Shown one piece after another: positions 47,861 through 51,395 of a stretch of 51,395 nucleotides of DNA. How positions within the stretch are numbered: the stretch's first letter is position 1; the number at the start of each line of letters is the position of its first letter. A program made the position numbers and the translations under genes. This DNA is from Bdellovibrionota bacterium. GTDB lineage: Bacteria; Bdellovibrionota_C; UBA2361; OMII01. The stretch spans positions 1-51,395 of the forward strand of contig JBIKWQ010000012.1 in NCBI GenBank assembly GCA_044356215.1, written 5' to 3'. The notes under the pieces were generated by a model. The model saw only the letters and a program-made list of their open reading frames with translations, did no database searches and was not told the DNA's origin.

Positions 47861-48682
47861 TCACTCATTAGAACCGGTGATTATCTCCCCGGTTTCCGGG
47901 GCTTCTTCGGCCTCGATATCCTCATCATCCTTTCCATCAGTTAAGACCCCTTGACGATACTGATAATAGGCCCCTTGCGCGAAGAGATAGTAATCTACCG
48001 AGCTCTCCTTCCCGGCCTCTATGGCTTGAAGTAATCCAGCGCGTGTGTGCACGGCCTTGATTCCTAGCGCGCTGGCGGCTATCGCGATCTTGGTACCCGC
48101 TGATAGTGATGAATAACCAACCCATCCGATCGGATCTAAAAACCCGTCTACTATTCGTCCAACTCCATCACGCACGTTTGATGGTCCCAGGAATGGTATT
48201 ACGATATATGGCCCAGCTGGCACGCCGTGATACATCAACGCGATTCCGAAGTCCTCCTCGTGATCAGGAAGACCGTAATCCTTAGCCATGTCAACGAAAC
48301 CGAGCACACCGACTGTTGAGTTAATAAGAAATCTCCCGGTGTGATCGAGCGCCTGCTCAAATTTACCTTGAATGATGTCGCTCACTAGGTAGGATGGATA
48401 TCGCAGATTAAGAAAGAAATTCTTTATTCCAATCTGGATCGGATCTGGGATGTTGTTTTTGTACGCCCGGGCGATCGGCTCCATCACGTGAATATCCAAG
48501 GTGTCATTCACGTCAAAAATCGCGCGATTCACCGATTCCGCCGGGTCGTATGGGTCTTCTGGCTCAGCGAACGCGGTGGCGGACGCGAAAACAACCGCGA
48601 AACCAATCGAGAGGATCAATGCGAGCATTTCGAAAGGTATCGCGCTAATACTACCTGTGTTCAGCGATCTCTTTAACTTCAT
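47861..48682 (-). CDS. mlaA: MlaA/VacJ family protein
   Basis: DPAESVNR, RFLINSTVG, EDFG, GPYIVIPFLGPSNVRD. Confidence 0.92.
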   Translation of the reverse strand: MKLKRSLNTGSISAIPFEMLALILSIGFAVVFASATAFAEPEDPYDPAESVNRAIFDVNDTLDIHVMEPIARAYKNNIPDPIQIGIKNFFLNLRYPSYLVSDIIQGKFEQALDHTGRFLINSTVGVLGFVDMAKDYGLPDHEEDFGIALMYHGVPAGPYIVIPFLGPSNVRDGVGRIVDGFLDPIGWVGYSSLSAGTKIAIAASALGIKAVHTRAGLLQAIEAGKESSVDYYLFAQGAYYQYRQGVLTDGKDDEDIEAEEAPETGEIITGSNE

Positions 48683-49887
48683 CTCTTCGCTCCGTACGCT
48701 TCAATTCCGGCCCCGATTACCTCAATGGCCTTCTTAATATCACTCTCGTTTAAAACAAACGCTATCCGAATCTCCTGACGCCCCATCTCTCGGTTCATAT
48801 AGAACCCAGCAGCTGGGGCGACAAATGTAGTAGCCCCCTGATACTCAAATTCTTTTAGCATAAATGTAGCAAATTTCTCAGCATCATCTACCGGCAGCTT
48901 CGCTAATAAATAAAACCCGCCTTTGGGCGCGTAGGTTTCAATACCTGGAATCTCACTTAACGCTCGCGCCGCGCTATCACGACGACGTTGATACTCATCT
49001 CGCGCTTGAGCAAGATACCCCTCGCCTATCGCTTGAAGCATATGCGCGGCAGCATCCTGCTCAATCGTCGGCGCGGCCAGACGCGCTTGCGCGATGTGAA
49101 AAGCCGCCCGCATAACGTCCTCATTCCACGTAATCATGCAGCCTACTCGGGCGCCGCACAGGCTAAACCGCTTTGATAAGCTATCAACCACGATGATATT
49201 TGGATCTCTGGGGGCCAACTCAAAAACGCAGCGAGGTTTGGTGTTATCAAAAACGTATTCGCGGTATGTTTCATCCACGATTAAAAACAGATCTCGCTCT
49301 CGACAGAGATCTATGAGCGTCTTTAATTCGCTATCGTCGCACACTGAACCGGTCGGATTGTTGGGATTACATACTAAGATAGCGCGCGTGTAGGGAAATA
49401 CATACCGCGATATCTCATCTCTGGAAGGAATCGCTTTTCCCGAACGCGGGGGGCAAGGTAACGGAATTAACCTCACACCGGAGATCGCTGAGAAACCGAT
49501 GTAATTGGCGTAAGTAGGATCAAAGATCAGGATCTCATCCCCTGGATCGCAACAAACCATAAAAGCGAAGATTAACGCCTCGCTCGCTCCCATGGTGATT
49601 AACATTTGATCGGCGGTGATCCCAAGATTATATCCGCGATTAAGATAGTCGCTCCATGCGCTAATTAATTTAGAGCTTCCTTTTGATGCCTCATAAGCCA
49701 CCACTGGCTTGATGCTTTTAGTGACACCATCGACAAATTCAACGGGCGACTTGAGATCCGGCTGGCCGATATTTAAACGATATACGTAGGTACCACGCTC
49801 CTCAGCGGCTTGCGCCAGCCCCGCTAGCTTTCTAATCGGTGATGGCGGTGTCTTCTCAGCGCGGTGCGATATTTTTAGCTCTGACAT
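48679..49887 (-). CDS. PLP-dependent aminotransferase class I/II (aspartate aminotransferase-like)
   Basis: LNIGQPD, NPNNPTG, DETY, SLSKRFSLCGARVG. Confidence 0.93.
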   Translation of the reverse strand: MSELKISHRAEKTPPSPIRKLAGLAQAAEERGTYVYRLNIGQPDLKSPVEFVDGVTKSIKPVVAYEASKGSSKLISAWSDYLNRGYNLGITADQMLITMGASEALIFAFMVCCDPGDEILIFDPTYANYIGFSAISGVRLIPLPCPPRSGKAIPSRDEISRYVFPYTRAILVCNPNNPTGSVCDDSELKTLIDLCRERDLFLIVDETYREYVFDNTKPRCVFELAPRDPNIIVVDSLSKRFSLCGARVGCMITWNEDVMRAAFHIAQARLAAPTIEQDAAAHMLQAIGEGYLAQARDEYQRRRDSAARALSEIPGIETYAPKGGFYLLAKLPVDDAEKFATFMLKEFEYQGATTFVAPAAGFYMNREMGRQEIRIAFVLNESDIKKAIEVIGAGIEAYGAKR

Positions 49888-49888
49888 T

Positions 49889-50434
49889 TTACTTTATACG
49901 CATGGTTTCAATCAGCGCGCTCTCAAAGATCCTCCACCCTGGATTCACCCAAGAGCGCCAGCGACCGACTAATCGACCCTCTCGATCAAGAAGATACTTC
50001 TCAAAATTCCATCGGACTCGCCCTCGAAGATCTCTTGGCCCCCTAGTGGTGAGCGCCTCAAATACCGGCTGGATCGCCGCTCCGGTCACAGGTGCTTTCG
50101 GGAAGAGCTGGAAAGTTACCCCATGATTGACTCTGCAGAAAGATTCAATCTCCAAGTCCGAAGCTGGCTCCTGACCCATAAAGTCATTACTCGGGAAACC
50201 AAGTACCACCAACCCCTCCTTGCCATAACGCTCATGCAGGGCCTCAAGCGCGTCGTACTGCTTTGTGAAGCCACACTTAGACGCTGTATTAACGATTAAG
50301 ACGACCTGCCCGCGGCAAGCTGAGAGGTCCATAGTCTTACCATCGCGTGTAGTGGCGCGGAGCGGATAGAGGGTTGGGTTAGAGTTTGAGGGCTCTCTGG
50401 TGAGGCCTCCGAATAGCGATTGTTTTAGCGACAT
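49889..50434 (-). CDS. Glutathione peroxidase (Cys-type)
   Basis: VNTASKCGFT, LGFPSNDF, WNFEKYL. Confidence 0.95.
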   Translation of the reverse strand: MSLKQSLFGGLTREPSNSNPTLYPLRATTRDGKTMDLSACRGQVVLIVNTASKCGFTKQYDALEALHERYGKEGLVVLGFPSNDFMGQEPASDLEIESFCRVNHGVTFQLFPKAPVTGAAIQPVFEALTTRGPRDLRGRVRWNFEKYLLDREGRLVGRWRSWVNPGWRIFESALIETMRIK

Positions 50435-50538
50435 AGTTAACCCTAAACCTACTACTCGAGGCGGGTTATCACAATAAGGGGATGGTGGCGCTTTCCCTCA
50501 GTCGAGCCATGATGTTTTTTCTGTTCCTCAAATAGGCT

Positions 50539-50567
50539 TTGACTGTCTAGCTTAGCTAAGCTAGACT
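50539..50567 (+). promoter_or_regulatory. sigma70 promoter with operator palindrome of the phd-vapC operon
   Basis: TTGACT-N17-TAGACT; perfect 22-bp palindrome GTCTAGCTTAGCTAAGCTAGAC (50545-50566). Confidence 0.75.
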
Positions 50568-50574
50568 AACTAAT

Positions 50575-50817
50575 ATGAAGAAAGTCAACATTCACGAAGC
50601 TAAAACGCAACTTTCAAAGTACATCGCCGCCGCTCTCCGTGGTGAGGAGGTCGTGATTCATAAAGCCGGGGAACCTCTTGTTGTTTTGACACCTTGGCGG
50701 AAAGGCTCCAAGAAGCGCAAGGGCGGACAGTGGCGCAACAAAGTAAAGATTAGCGCCGACTTTGACGCCCCACTACCTGCGGAGATCCTCAAAGGCTTTC
50801 AGGGGGCGAATGAGTAA
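50575..50817 (+). CDS. Phd/YefM family antitoxin
   Basis: VNIHEAKTQLS..GEEVVI..P, DFDAPLP. Confidence 0.93.
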   Translation: MKKVNIHEAKTQLSKYIAAALRGEEVVIHKAGEPLVVLTPWRKGSKKRKGGQWRNKVKISADFDAPLPAEILKGFQGANE

Positions 50818-51196
50818 TTCTTTTCTGATTGATACGCATATTATCCTTTGGTGGCTGGATAACCCCAAGAAACTCTCGGCGCAAGCTCGGGAAATAATAG
50901 AGAACGAACGCAACACGATCTACCTTAGTAGCGCCTCGGTATGGGAGATCGCGATAAAATCCTCGATCGGCAGATTGCGGATTCCGGAAAACCTTCTTAG
51001 GGTTCTGGATGATGAGGATGTTAAGATACTGTCCGTGTCAGGCGCTCACGCGATGAGCATAGCATCATTACCACCAATTCATTCCGATCCGTTTGATCGA
51101 ATGCTGGTAGCGCAAGCTCTTCATGAAGACCTGCAGATTATTACGAGAGATTCAGTCTTCGAACGTTACGAGAAACTTAGATTAATACCCGGATAA
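50810..51196 (+). CDS. vapC: VapC/PIN toxin
   Basis: LIDTHIILW, SVWEIAIK, HSDPFDRMLVAQA, ITRD; overlaps the antitoxin stop. Confidence 0.93.
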   Translation: MSNSFLIDTHIILWWLDNPKKLSAQAREIIENERNTIYLSSASVWEIAIKSSIGRLRIPENLLRVLDDEDVKILSVSGAHAMSIASLPPIHSDPFDRMLVAQALHEDLQIITRDSVFERYEKLRLIPG

Positions 51197-51200
51197 CGCC

Positions 51201-51395
51201 TAGGGAAGGCCGGCAAAACCTACCCGTAACGAGAAAGTGGAAGTTGAGTTGATATTCGATTTTCGAGGTGGGAAAAAACCGCACCAGACTACGCCAAGGC
51301 TACGTCTGGTCCTACATTATCTCGCCGGCCGTAGCTTTAGCGAAGGTCGGAAGTGTATCCACTGTGATACATTGAGGATTTTTTCCCATCTCGAA
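51201..51395. mobile_element. Hairpin MITE-like element, copy 2 (truncated by window) with 68-bp insertion
   Basis: Near-identical to the element starting at 47250, apart from the insert at 51283-51350. Confidence 0.85.
51283..51350. repeat. REP-like inverted doublet
   Basis: ACCAGAC-TACGCCAAGGCTAC-GTCTGGT and, on the minus strand, CCGACC-TTCGCTAAAGCTAC-GGCCGG. Confidence 0.75.

Overview
Bacterial chromosomal window of about 51 kb from a Gram-negative organism. It is probably deltaproteobacteria/Bdellovibrionota-like; this is inferred from gene content only. Most of it is housekeeping: hisS, rdgB-like, apt, ettA, a K+-dependent Na+-PPase, mutM, tRNA-Asn, recR-ybaB-dnaX-ffs, accBC, a divergent pilM-N-O-Q cluster, priA, mlaA and gpx. 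The most interesting signals are non-coding. (1) Several distinct small non-autonomous elements: a 289-bp MITE with a poly-C target duplication whose end recurs at the left edge, interrupting an IS91-like transposase; a 189-bp hairpin MITE that supplies the stop codons of both priA and osmC, with a second copy carrying a REP-like doublet; and long perfect hairpins. (2) A tandem of two alternative cassettes (AAA-DUF4143 ATPase and higBA), each bracketed by the same two gene ends. (3) An SRP RNA with a non-GNRA loop. (4) A sigma54-type promoter with tandem palindromes driving an orphan ORF. Protein-level oddities include a giant orphan TadE-like protein and two unknown lipoproteins after pilQ where pilP is not seen. 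No CRISPR array, rRNA or prophage was seen. All product calls come from motif recognition; no database search was run.
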